From: Lysobacterales bacterium | GTDB taxonomy: Bacteria > Pseudomonadota > Gammaproteobacteria > Xanthomonadales > SZUA-38 | NCBI GenBank assembly: GCA_045106555.1 | Contig: JBGCET010000010.1 | Coordinates: 21,773-85,772, forward strand | Length of the DNA: 64,000 nucleotides | Reading direction: 5' to 3' | Shown: positions 30,885 through 39,201 of the stretch, piece after piece | How positions within the stretch are numbered: position 1 is the stretch's first letter | Layout of the letters: every line of letters starts with the position of its first letter | The notes under the pieces: generated by a model | What the model saw: the letters and a program-made list of their open reading frames with translations, nothing else | Databases searched by the model: none | Told to the model about the DNA's origin: nothing | Made by a program: the position numbers and the translations under genes

Positions 30885-31135
30885 GGCATGATCACCACAA
30901 CATCTTCCGGATTTTTGCTGACCAGACCAAGCTGGCCCCTGGCCTGCTGCTCAATCCGATGGCCCTCAGCCCAGGTGGCTTGCTCCAACTGCAAACGGCC
31001 CCACTCCACGCTAAGCTCATCGCTTTGCTGCTGCAGTTCCTGCAGTTGGGAAAAGTGACTGCGACTGTCATGACGGGTAGCCACGACCGCCAGGGCACTC
31101 AGCACCAATACCGCCAACCAAAAAAACCGCTTCAT
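30881..31135 (-). CDS. ftsL: cell division protein FtsL
   Basis: 84 aa bitopic protein with a TM followed by a leucine-zipper-like helix. Positioned between rsmH and ftsI. Confidence 0.85.
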   Translation of the reverse strand: MKRFFWLAVLVLSALAVVATRHDSRSHFSQLQELQQQSDELSVEWGRLQLEQATWAEGHRIEQQARGQLGLVSKNPEDVVVIMP

Positions 31136-32064
31136 GAGCCCACCCGTTCGGCAACCCGCATAACGGCGCTGCGGGCGCGCGGATTGTCATCACATTCCGC
31201 GTCACTGGCTTTGACCGCCTTACCTACCGGCCGCAGCGACTCAACCTGCAAATCTGCCCCAGGAGGTAATCGCCGATTGCCCTGAGACGCACCGTGGCGA
31301 CGAATAAACTGTTTGACGATCCGGTCTTCCAGCGAGTGAAAACTAATGACCACCAGGCGCCCACCGGGTGCCAGTACCTGATAGGCGCCGTTCAACGCCT
31401 GCTCAAGCTGTTCTAATTCCTGGTTCACCGCAATACGCAGAGCCTGGAAGGTTCGAGTGGCAGGGTGCTTTCCCGGTTTGCCACGAGGCACACAAGACTG
31501 CACCAGCTCCGCCAGCTGCGCTGTTCGAGTCAGCGGCGTTGGATGCTGCTTGATTGCCCTGGCAATACGCTTGGCGTGACGTTCTTCGCCCAGGGTTTTT
31601 AAGGTCGTAGCAATTTGCTGCTCGCTGGCCGATACCAGCCACTGGGCGACCGGGACACCGCTGTCGGGATCCATGCGCATATCCAGCGGACCATCAGCCA
31701 TAAAGCTAAAGCCACGCTCCGCATCATCCAGCTGTGGCGACGACACGCCAATATCCAGCAACACGCCTGTTAGTGGAGCGAACTCCTGACTTTGCTCTGC
31801 CAAGCCGGCAAATGCCGCACGGCGCAAAACCAGGCGCTCATCACGACTCGCCAAATCAGCACCCGCAGCTAAGGCTTCCGGGTCGCGATCCAGCGCCAAT
31901 AGCCGACCACCGGGCCCTAAACGATGCAAAACTTCCTGACTGTGCCCACCGCGCCCGAAGGTACCGTCGAGATAGGTGCCATTGGGATCGATGACCAAGG
32001 CATCCACTGCAGGCTTCAGCAGCACGGGGATATGGCTGGAGGATTGTTGTTCGGCTTCGCTCAT
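31132..32064 (-). CDS. rsmH: 16S rRNA (cytosine1402-N4)-methyltransferase
   Basis: HIPVLL, DGTFGRGGHS, DLGVSS-like DIGVSSPQLD, SFHSLEDR. The ATG at 32064 is preferred over the 31-aa extension that starts at 32157. Confidence 0.93.
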   Translation of the reverse strand: MSEAEQQSSSHIPVLLKPAVDALVIDPNGTYLDGTFGRGGHSQEVLHRLGPGGRLLALDRDPEALAAGADLASRDERLVLRRAAFAGLAEQSQEFAPLTGVLLDIGVSSPQLDDAERGFSFMADGPLDMRMDPDSGVPVAQWLVSASEQQIATTLKTLGEERHAKRIARAIKQHPTPLTRTAQLAELVQSCVPRGKPGKHPATRTFQALRIAVNQELEQLEQALNGAYQVLAPGGRLVVISFHSLEDRIVKQFIRRHGASQGNRRLPPGADLQVESLRPVGKAVKASDAECDDNPRARSAVMRVAERVGS

Positions 32065-32160
32065 ATTCCAACGACCGCCGCGGAGACGAATCCGCCCGTA
32101 ACCCTGTGGCCTGGCCACATGGCGGGTGAAACTCCAAAGCTGTCCGGTGTTTTCCATATC

Positions 32161-32205
32161 AAAAAAAAGCCCCGCCCCACCGATTGCGGTGACGCCATGG
32201 GCTTT
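32161..32205 (-). terminator. terminator-like imperfect hairpin plus T8 in the mraZ-rsmH spacer
   Basis: Minus strand reads GCCCatggcgtCACCGcaatCGGTGgggcGGGC followed by TTTTTTTT. It lies in a 250-nt gap between the mraZ stop (32315) and the preferred rsmH start (32064). Confidence 0.4.
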
Positions 32206-32314
32206 CTTGTTATTGTTATTCCCAACTGCACGTTCCCCTCTGGGGGACTTATTGGTCGTCGCTGAACTCTGCGGTCAGCTTGGACGACTTATCAGCGGCA
32301 CAGGCGGGCGGCCT

Positions 32315-32782
32315 TCACACGTCGATCTGCAGCATCTCCTCCGAAGGTGCCTGCACCGGCGCATCGAAGCGGGTGCGGTTCAACACTTCTTCATTCCAGA
32401 TCTCGAATTTCCGCCCCATACCCATGAACGTGACTTTTTTCTCCAACCCCGCGACTTCCCGCAGCGTGACCGGCAACAGCAAACGACTCGAACCATCCGG
32501 CTCCATCGGTGCTGCGCTGCCCACCAAACGGCGTTGCAGCGTGCGGTGCCGCTCGTCAAAAGCATTAAGCGCCATCACCTGATCGCGCATTTCCGCCCAG
32601 ACATCCATGGGGTATAACCACAGGGAGTTGTTATCGTGTGCGTTATAGGTGAGCACCAGCTGGTTGCCACACTCTGTAGCAATCTGTTCCCGGAACCGCG
32701 TTGGGATGGCGATACGTCCCTTTGCGTCCAGGTTGACTGACACTTCACCGTAAAACACGACTGTTTTGCCACTTGTTACCAC
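32315..32782 (-). CDS. mraZ: transcriptional regulator MraZ
   Basis: Two SpoVT/AbrB-like halves with DxxxR motifs (NLDAKGRIAIPTRFRE and EPDGSSRLLLPVTLRE). An alternative GTG start at 32758 gives the canonical short N-terminus. Confidence 0.93.
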   Translation of the reverse strand: MVTSGKTVVFYGEVSVNLDAKGRIAIPTRFREQIATECGNQLVLTYNAHDNNSLWLYPMDVWAEMRDQVMALNAFDERHRTLQRRLVGSAAPMEPDGSSRLLLPVTLREVAGLEKKVTFMGMGRKFEIWNEEVLNRTRFDAPVQAPSEEMLQIDV

Positions 32783-32800
32783 TAATCTCCACTACAGGGC

Positions 32801-32845
32801 AGGTTATGCCCCTCTATGGGGTGTGTCAACCCAACGCAACCCAAA
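32801..32845 (-). promoter_or_regulatory. candidate Pmra sigma70 promoter with MraZ-box direct repeats
   Basis: Minus strand reads TGGGT-tgcgt-TGGGT (32829-32843), overlapping TTGACA (32824-32829), then a 17-nt spacer and TAACCT (32801-32806). MraZ is known to bind TGGGN repeats with 5-nt spacers. Confidence 0.5.
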
Positions 32846-32962
32846 GCCTGCAACGATTCACACAATTGGCCGAAACGGGTCCTCCCGACGCCCTTTCAAC
32901 AGATATTTTCATAATTGGGGATTATTCCCCCCCAAATGATTCGTGTTTTCTGCCAGTAGCCC

Positions 32963-33049
32963 GGTGCGGGCGGTGATTTAGGCCTCAAAAGGAGGTTAAG
33001 CGGACCGCAGGGAGCCATTCCTTTAGAGGCCTAAATCACCGCCCGCACC
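32963..33049. repeat. 87-nt long-stem hairpin element A with a conserved 25-nt loop
   Basis: 24-bp perfect stem 32963-32986 / 33026-33049, one A:A mismatch, then a 6-bp stem AAAGGA/TCCTTT. Loop is GGTTAAGCGGACCGCAGGGAGCCAT (32994-33018). Confidence 0.9.
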
Positions 33050-33130
33050 TCACACCGACGCTCGCCCGTGCTGGGGTCAGCTCACAGCATTGAAGGAGGT
33101 CAAAGCCCAAGAGCGGAGCCGCATGAGGGA

Positions 33131-33217
33131 GAGGCTGCGGTGGCATTAGGTCTTTCGTTGGAGTTAAGCGGACCGCAGGGAGCCATCCAACGAAAGACCT
33201 AATGCCGGCGCAGCCTC
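33131..33217. repeat. 87-nt long-stem hairpin element B with the same 25-nt loop
   Basis: 9-bp stem 33131-33139 / 33209-33217, a 2-nt internal loop, then a 20-bp perfect stem 33142-33161 / 33187-33206. Loop is AGTTAAGCGGACCGCAGGGAGCCAT (33162-33186). Confidence 0.9.
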
Positions 33218-33282
33218 GGCGCAGTGCCCTATAGCCAACCACCAGGGAACGAAGAGAACCATCGAGACCAACCGGAGACAAC

Positions 33283-33318
33283 AAAAAAGCCCCTGAGACT
33301 TTCGTCCCAGGGGCTTTC
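33283..33318 (-). terminator. rho-independent terminator of rnpB
   Basis: Minus strand reads GAAAGCCCCTGGGAC-gaaa-GTCTCAGGGGCTTTTTTGT. Confidence 0.8.
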
Positions 33319-33345
33319 AACAGGCACCAGGCCTGGTTTCGCGAA

Positions 33346-33686
33346 ATAACGAGTCTGTCGATAAGCCGGGTTCTGTCGCGGACAGTCATTCATCTGGGAC
33401 GTCCGTCGCCGAACGCCTCAAGCAACCAACCCGGAAGCAGCGCGGGCCACGCCATAGCTTCCCTATTTGGTCTTGCTCCAGGTGGGGTTTACCCTGCCAT
33501 TGCTGTTGCCAGCAATGCGGTGCGCTCTTACCGCACCATTTCACCCTTACCCGATAAACCGGGCGGTATTTTTTCTGTGGCACTTTCCGTAGGCTCTCGC
33601 CCCCCAGGCGTTACCTGGCACCTTGCCCTGCGGAGCCCGGACTTTCCTCCCGCATTGCTGCGAGCGACTGCCTGACAGGCTCGGCG
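33346..33686 (-). ncRNA. rnpB: RNase P RNA, bacterial type A
   Basis: The minus strand contains universally conserved blocks: GGAGGAAAGTCCGGGCTCC, GGTGCCAGGTAACGCCTGGG, ACGGAAAGTGCCACAGAAA, GGTAAGGGTGAAA, GGTAAACCCCACC and ACAGAACCCGGCTTATCG. 5'/3' P1 pairing is CGAGCCTGTC / GACAGACTCG. Ends are approximate to within about 5 nt. Confidence 0.95.
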
Positions 33687-33691
33687 GCACA

Positions 33692-34531
33692 TTACCCCTT
33701 TTCCTGGCTGGCCGCCATGGCCAATGCGTAACAATGTTTGCGCCCAAGACCTGTGAGTTTGGCTGCAATTCGTGCCGCCTGACTGGCGGGCAACTCCTCC
33801 AGCAACATTGATACGACCTGCGCAGCCTGCGCCTCTGAGGCACTCAACTGCGCGTTGCCGGCGACAATCAGCACAAACTCACCCTTGGCAGGGATCTCAC
33901 CATTGGCTAGCCGCTCGCACAGCGAACCGAGTGTGCCATGGCAATACTGCTCGAATCGTTTAGTCATCTCACGAGCGATAAAGGCCTCACGATCTGCGCC
34001 CAATTGATCCAATGCCTCGCCGATACACGCACCGATGCGGTGGCTGGACTCAAACAGCACTTGAGTTTCCGGTCGACGACCCAGCTCAGCGAGCTGGCGC
34101 TGGCGTTCAGCGCGACGACTGGATAAAAAGCCATGAAATGTGAACCGGTCGGTGGCCAGACCGGCCACGCTGAGCGCCGCCGTAATTGCGCTGGGGCCCG
34201 GCACTGGCACCACCGAAAACCCGGCCTGCCTGGCCGCCCTTACGGCCCGATAGCCAGGGTCGGAGATTAGCGGCGTGCCGGCATCGCTGATCATCACAAG
34301 CTGATGGCCCGCCGCAAGCCAATTTTGCACCTGCTGGGCCATGCGGTCTTCGTTGTGTTCGTGGAGGCTAGTCATTTCCACTCGCACGTTTAAGGAGGCC
34401 AACAGCCGACTGCTGACCCGGGTATCTTCTGCCAACACCCTGTCAGCGGACGCTAACACCTCGCGCAGCCGTTCACTGACATCGGAAAGGTTGCCAATCG
34501 GCGTTGCTGCTACGAACAATTGCCCAGTCAT
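33692..34531 (-). CDS. rsmI: 16S rRNA (cytidine1402-2'-O)-methyltransferase
   Basis: LFVAATPIGNLSDVSERL...AEDTR N-terminus of the tetrapyrrole-methylase-fold RsmI. 279 aa, divergent from lpoA as in other gammaproteobacteria. Confidence 0.93.
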   Translation of the reverse strand: MTGQLFVAATPIGNLSDVSERLREVLASADRVLAEDTRVSSRLLASLNVRVEMTSLHEHNEDRMAQQVQNWLAAGHQLVMISDAGTPLISDPGYRAVRAARQAGFSVVPVPGPSAITAALSVAGLATDRFTFHGFLSSRRAERQRQLAELGRRPETQVLFESSHRIGACIGEALDQLGADREAFIAREMTKRFEQYCHGTLGSLCERLANGEIPAKGEFVLIVAGNAQLSASEAQAAQVVSMLLEELPASQAARIAAKLTGLGRKHCYALAMAASQEKG

Positions 34532-34640
34532 GGGGGACTCGCTTGCGTTAAACTTAGCGTCACTTTACGGGTTTTGTCGCCTGGCGCCAGCAACGCGGTC
34601 GCCGGGCCTGATACCCCTTCACTGCACAAGTGTTCATGTC

Positions 34641-36584
34641 ATGAATATAGCCCTAAGTCAGAAATACCCGGCGCGAGCAAACCGGCTCATTGCATTCGGT
34701 TCGATCATATTAATAGCCGCCATTGTCGGCGGCTGTGCCACCAGCGGTGGGCCGGCGCAACCCAGACCCAGCGCCTCTCAGAGCGCTCAGCAAGCCTATG
34801 AACTGCAGCAATACGATCTGGCCATGGACGAATTTCTGGCGATGGCACAGCGCCAACCCGAGCAGGCGAGTCGCTGGTGGCTGCGCGCCGCCGACAGCGC
34901 CTGGCTGATGGGCGATGACGCGGCCACGGTAGAGTTACTCCGGCGCATCGACCTCAACCAGATATCCCCCAGCGATCGGCGTTTTGCCAATCTGTTGTCG
35001 CTGCTCAGCGGGGAAATAAACCCTCCTTCCATTGGTGTGAGATTAGCCATGCTGGGGCAACCTGAGCAATGGACAGCGCCCTATCAGCCCGCTGTGCAGC
35101 GCCTGCGGGGCCGGGCTCTGGCCAAAAACGGCCAGCCCTATCGAGCGGCCCAGGCGTTAATCGCTTACGGCCAATCGCTGACTGACATCGATCTGGCGGC
35201 AGATAATCGAGCGGAGATATTTCGAGTATTGACGCCCTTAAGCTCACGCCGGGCGCTGGACCTGTTGGACCAGCATCAACCTGACGATGAAATGTACGGC
35301 TGGCTGGCGCTGGTGGCTGACATTAAACGGGGACTGTTTTCAGGCCAACGAAGCGATCGCAATCCAGGCCAGGCTGGCAGTACCATCGGCCAGGCCGATC
35401 TGGCAGAAACTCTGGCAGCCTGGCGACTGCGTTTTCCCACTCACCCGGCTGCTAGGGACTCGCTGGAAAATCTGATGGGCGGCACCCAGGTGCAGTCAGC
35501 CAGCCCTGACCGCATCGCCGTATTGCTGCCGTTTACCGGGCGTTTTCCGGCCGCCGCCAGGGCCGTCCGTGACGGTGTGCTCAGCGCTTTTTTTGACGAT
35601 GCCAGACGTCGTGCTCAGGTGCATTTCTACGATACCGGCAGCACGCCGGAAATGGCTGTCAGCATGTATCGCCGGGCCATTGATGATGGCGCTGACCAGA
35701 TCATCGGTCCGCTGGAGCGGGACGCCGTTACCGCCGTCCTTTTGGAAGCCGACGGCAGCACGCCAGTGCTGGCACTAAATCACCAGGCCAGCGCGGCGCC
35801 GCCTGCACCCGGCAACCTGCAGTTCGGTCTCCTGCCTGAAGATGAGGCACGGTCCATTGCCAGGCACATGATGAATGAGGGCTTGCTGCGAGTCGCCGTG
35901 ATGACGGCGTCTGACGCCTGGGGTCAACGGGTTAGCAACGCATTTATTGAACATTTTGAACAACTGGGCGGGGTCATTTTGGAAGTACAGCAGTTTCAGC
36001 CGCTGGCCCAGGATTTCAGTAACCAGGTATCGCAGTTGGTCGGGACAACCCAGGCAGAATTGCGGCGACGCCAGATTGCTCGGTCGTTTCGATTCCAGGT
36101 GGGTTTTGAGGCTCAGCCGCGGCACGACCTGGACGCCGTGTTTTTGGCCGCCAAAGCCCAACCTGCCCGACTGATCAAACCACAGCTGGCGTTTTACAAT
36201 GCGGGCCAGGTGCCGGTGTACGCCACTTCCCACGTGTTTAACGGCAGTCGTGATCGCAATCGCAACCGGGATTTAAACGGCATTGTGTTTTGCGACGCCC
36301 CGTTTATGCTGGACGAATCGGGATTTACGCCCAGCGTGACTCAGGCTGAATCAAACTTCAGCGAACTGGGTGGCATTGCCAGCCGCCTGTTTGCCCTGGG
36401 CTTGGACGCCTACCGTGTGCTGCCCTACCTGAACCTACTGCGTTCCATGGGAACCCAGGCGTTTCCTGGCGCAACCGGACAGCTCAGTCTGGATGCCGGC
36501 GGATACCTGTATCGCAACCTGGCCTGCGCAGAATTTACCGGCGGTTCGGTGGTATTGCGTCAGGCCCCTGATACGCGCTCCTGA
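34641..36584 (+). CDS. lpoA: penicillin-binding protein activator LpoA (lipoprotein)
   Basis: The ATG at 34641 gives a lipobox, IAAIVGG|C. A TPR-like N-terminal domain and a periplasmic-binding-protein-like C-terminal domain. Conserved rsmI/lpoA/yraN synteny. The upstream 100 codons of the track ORF are antisense to rsmI. Confidence 0.8.
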   Translation: MNIALSQKYPARANRLIAFGSIILIAAIVGGCATSGGPAQPRPSASQSAQQAYELQQYDLAMDEFLAMAQRQPEQASRWWLRAADSAWLMGDDAATVELLRRIDLNQISPSDRRFANLLSLLSGEINPPSIGVRLAMLGQPEQWTAPYQPAVQRLRGRALAKNGQPYRAAQALIAYGQSLTDIDLAADNRAEIFRVLTPLSSRRALDLLDQHQPDDEMYGWLALVADIKRGLFSGQRSDRNPGQAGSTIGQADLAETLAAWRLRFPTHPAARDSLENLMGGTQVQSASPDRIAVLLPFTGRFPAAARAVRDGVLSAFFDDARRRAQVHFYDTGSTPEMAVSMYRRAIDDGADQIIGPLERDAVTAVLLEADGSTPVLALNHQASAAPPAPGNLQFGLLPEDEARSIARHMMNEGLLRVAVMTASDAWGQRVSNAFIEHFEQLGGVILEVQQFQPLAQDFSNQVSQLVGTTQAELRRRQIARSFRFQVGFEAQPRHDLDAVFLAAKAQPARLIKPQLAFYNAGQVPVYATSHVFNGSRDRNRNRDLNGIVFCDAPFMLDESGFTPSVTQAESNFSELGGIASRLFALGLDAYRVLPYLNLLRSMGTQAFPGATGQLSLDAGGYLYRNLACAEFTGGSVVLRQAPDTRS

Positions 36585-36614
36585 GCGCTCGGCACTCTGG
36601 CCAGGGTCCGGGAC

Positions 36615-37000
36615 ATGGGGCTAGGCAACACCGGGGTCAACACCCAGGGGGCGCGCGCTGGGAAGCCATTGCATTAGGGCATCTGAAAAAGCGCGGTCTG
36701 AAACTCCAGCAACAGAACTACCGTTGCCCGATGGGCGAAATTGACCTCATCATGATGCATGGCCACACCTTGGTTTTTGTTGAAGTGCGATACCGGCGCA
36801 GCGGAACTTTTGGCGGTGGCATCCAGTCGGTAGATGCAAAAAAGCAATTTCGCCTGGCCAAGGTAGCCAGCCACTTTCTCCAACGTCATTCGGCATTTGC
36901 AAGGGCGCCCTGCCGGTTTGACGTGGTGGCGGTGTCCGGCACAGCCCAAGATCCAAACATTGACTGGATCGCCCACGCGTTCGAAGATCCCCGTGCTTAA
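36615..37000 (+). CDS. yraN: YraN (UPF0102) family endonuclease-like protein, reading frame interrupted at a G5 run
   Basis: Frame from 36731: MGEIDLIMMHGHTLVFVEVRYRRS...CRFDVVAV. Homology continues upstream in the same frame (GGARWEAIALGHLKKRGLKLQQQNYRCP), but no ATG, GTG or TTG is present there. The ATG at 36615 is in the -1 frame, and the two frames join if the G run at 36647-36651 had one more G. Confidence 0.75.
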
Positions 37001-37026
37001 GTGCAGACAGGAAGGAGCAAGTTCCC

Positions 37027-37605
37027 ATGAGTCGTTTACTGCTGATATTGATCATCATTACCCTGCAAGGGTGCGCCGCAGCGGTGGTGGGCGGCGTGGC
37101 CGTCGGCGCTGGCGCCATCCATGACCGCCGGTCTGCCGAACAGGTACTGTCCGACCAAGGCACCAATATCAAAGTGGTGGACGCCATCCACCGGGACGAT
37201 GGCCCGGGTCGCGGCAGCCACATCAAGACCACTACGTACAACGGCATTGTGCTGCTGACCGGTGAGGCATTAACTCAACAAATTCGTTCCGAAGCCGCCG
37301 AAATTGCCGCTGGCGTCCAAGGCGTCAAAGAAGTGGTGAATGAGCTGGCCGTAGGCGAACCCAGCTCCGCTTTTGCCCGCTCCCGGGATTCCCTGTTGAC
37401 CGCCCAGGTAAAATCCTCGCTCTTGGGCATTCGAGGTCTGGAAAACTTCGACCCGACTCGAGTCAAGGTGGTCAGCGTGCGCCACGAAGTCTATCTGATG
37501 GGATTGGTTACTGAGGAAGAAGGCACCGCCGCAGCCCAACGCGCAGCAAGAGTGTCCGGCGTCGACAAAGTCGTCAAGGTGTTCGAGTACATTCCCGACC
37601 CTTAA
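37027..37605 (+). CDS. dolP: BON-domain outer-membrane lipoprotein DolP (YraP)
   Basis: Lipobox IIITLQG|C and two BON domains (..VLLTGEALTQ..GVKEVVNEL and ..EVYLMGLVTEEE..GVDKVVKVFEYI). Confidence 0.85.
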   Translation: MSRLLLILIIITLQGCAAAVVGGVAVGAGAIHDRRSAEQVLSDQGTNIKVVDAIHRDDGPGRGSHIKTTTYNGIVLLTGEALTQQIRSEAAEIAAGVQGVKEVVNELAVGEPSSAFARSRDSLLTAQVKSSLLGIRGLENFDPTRVKVVSVRHEVYLMGLVTEEEGTAAAQRAARVSGVDKVVKVFEYIPDP

Positions 37606-37664
37606 CAAGAACACCCAGCCGCCCCCAACACCCCTATCCAATCGGGGACGCGACTCTGGGCCCG

Positions 37665-38153
37665 CTATCTCAGGACGAGCGCTGCGGTCAGCTGGACAAT
37701 GGCCAGAGCGTAGAGGCCGGCGAGTACGTCGTCGACCATGATGCCGAAGCCGCCGCTGACGCGGCGATCCAACCAACCGATGGGGGGCGGCTTGAGGATG
37801 TCGAAGAATCGGAACGCCAACCATCCCAGCACAACCAGCCACCAGATTCTGGGACAACCGGCCAGAGCGATATACACGCCAACAAATTCGTCGATGACGA
37901 TGCCGCCGTGATCGTGCACTTTCAGGTCGTCGGACAGTCTCTGCGATGCCCAGACTCCCAGCAGGAAAACGCCGGCCACAACCAACCAATACAGCAGCGG
38001 CGGCAAAGGCCATAAAAACCAGAACATCGGCATGGCCGCCAACGACCCTACGGTACCCGGAGCCCATGGCGATAATCCGCTGCCGAAGCCGGTGGCCAGC
38101 AAGCCTTGTGGAGTGCTAAGAACAGCGACGGGAATTGGCGCAGGTTTAGCCAC
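37665..38153 (-). CDS. pgpA: phosphatidylglycerophosphatase A
   Basis: GFGSGLSPWAPGTVGSLAA, GVYIALAG, ILKPPPIGWLD. The GTG at 38153 overlaps the thiL stop. The longer track ORF runs into thiL. Confidence 0.9.
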   Translation of the reverse strand: MAKPAPIPVAVLSTPQGLLATGFGSGLSPWAPGTVGSLAAMPMFWFLWPLPPLLYWLVVAGVFLLGVWASQRLSDDLKVHDHGGIVIDEFVGVYIALAGCPRIWWLVVLGWLAFRFFDILKPPPIGWLDRRVSGGFGIMVDDVLAGLYALAIVQLTAALVLR

Positions 38154-39099
38154 GAAAATGTCCGTAACCCTGGGCAATGCTGAGTGCTCCCTGCCCCTTC
38201 CATTTGAGCACCGGCTCAGACTCAATGGTTCCGATGACGCTGAATGGCTGGCGTGCCTGCTGCATGAGTTCGGCAATCATATCGTGGCATTTGGGGCGGT
38301 AAGTAAAACACAGTTCATAGTCATCTCCACCGGCCAGCACCAGATTCAGTGAGTCTTGCGCCGGTAGCGCCTCCAGCGATGGGTGATAGGGTAATGCCGC
38401 CAGATCAACTTCCGCGCCGACACCAGAATCTGAAAGGATATGGGGTAAATCTGCGGCCAGCCCGTCAGACAAATCGATACAGGCAGACGCCAGCGGCAAC
38501 AGCGCGGCACCGGCAGCTACTCTGGGCTGCGGTCGATCCAGGCAGTTGCGTAACATCGGCGATGGGTCTTCGTTGTTTTTCAGGAGCTGCAGGGCCAACG
38601 CGGCACCGCCCAAGTGACCTGTAACAGCGAGTTTGTCGCCGGGCTTGGCACCATTTCGCGTCAGTGCCTGCCCTGGGGGTAACTCACCTATCAGTTGCAC
38701 GGTCGCGGTGATGGGGCCGGGAGTGCGGGTGGTATCGCCGCCCACCAGTGATACCTGATGACGCTCCGCCAAGGTTCGCCAGCCTGCAGCAAATCCATCA
38801 ACCCAATGCTCATCGGAAGTTGTCAGAGACAATGCCAAGGTGGCCCAACGGGGCCTCGCGCCCATTGCGGCAAGGTCGCTCAGGTTGACCGCCAGACACT
38901 TATGGCCAATGGCCTGCGCTGCCGTGTCCTTGGGAAAGTGGACACCCTCTATGAGCGTATCAACACAGGTCACCAGATGATTGCCTTCGGTGGGGGCCAA
39001 AACAGCGGCATCGTCACCGATACCTGTAATCACACCAGGGTCGGTGCCTGACAACGCCCTCAGATGCTCGACGATTTGAAATTCCGGCGATGGTTTCAT
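38146..39099 (-). CDS. thiL: thiamine-monophosphate kinase
   Basis: AIR-synthase-like fold: GIGDDAAVL, DTLIEGVHF, NLSDLAAMGA, GGDTT. Follows nusB. Confidence 0.93.
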   Translation of the reverse strand: MKPSPEFQIVEHLRALSGTDPGVITGIGDDAAVLAPTEGNHLVTCVDTLIEGVHFPKDTAAQAIGHKCLAVNLSDLAAMGARPRWATLALSLTTSDEHWVDGFAAGWRTLAERHQVSLVGGDTTRTPGPITATVQLIGELPPGQALTRNGAKPGDKLAVTGHLGGAALALQLLKNNEDPSPMLRNCLDRPQPRVAAGAALLPLASACIDLSDGLAADLPHILSDSGVGAEVDLAALPYHPSLEALPAQDSLNLVLAGGDDYELCFTYRPKCHDMIAELMQQARQPFSVIGTIESEPVLKWKGQGALSIAQGYGHFRG

Positions 39100-39201
39100 G
39101 GCTGGAGCCGACGCGGAATCAGACGGTGGATTGGGCCAACTTGCGGACGCGCATCAGGCGCCCCTGGATTTTCGTCGGGGACTTGGCTGAGCGGCGAACC
39201 A

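Noticed and set aside
32963-33217. Reading the twin hairpins as a mini CRISPR array, or as genes for small peptides. Minus-strand ATGs in both loops give MAPCGPLN... peptides of 39 and 27 aa.
   Set aside because: There are only two units, and the conserved part is the loop rather than a repeat flanking unique spacers. No cas genes are present. The ATGs have no usable Shine-Dalgarno spacing, and the peptide sequences diverge completely after 8 residues, following the stems. Coding is therefore unlikely.
33036-33843. Several 60-117-aa ORFs (33036-33389, 33386-33583, 33528-33734, 33547-33843) overlapping the rnpB region.
   Set aside because: The region matches the conserved RNase P RNA blocks nearly base for base. 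The ORFs are by-products of the GC-rich structured RNA.
34341-34640. 100-codon N-terminal extension of the lpoA ORF.
   Set aside because: The extension is antisense to the 5' part of rsmI and has no signal peptide. The internal ATG at 34641 yields a canonical lipoprotein signal (IVGG|C).
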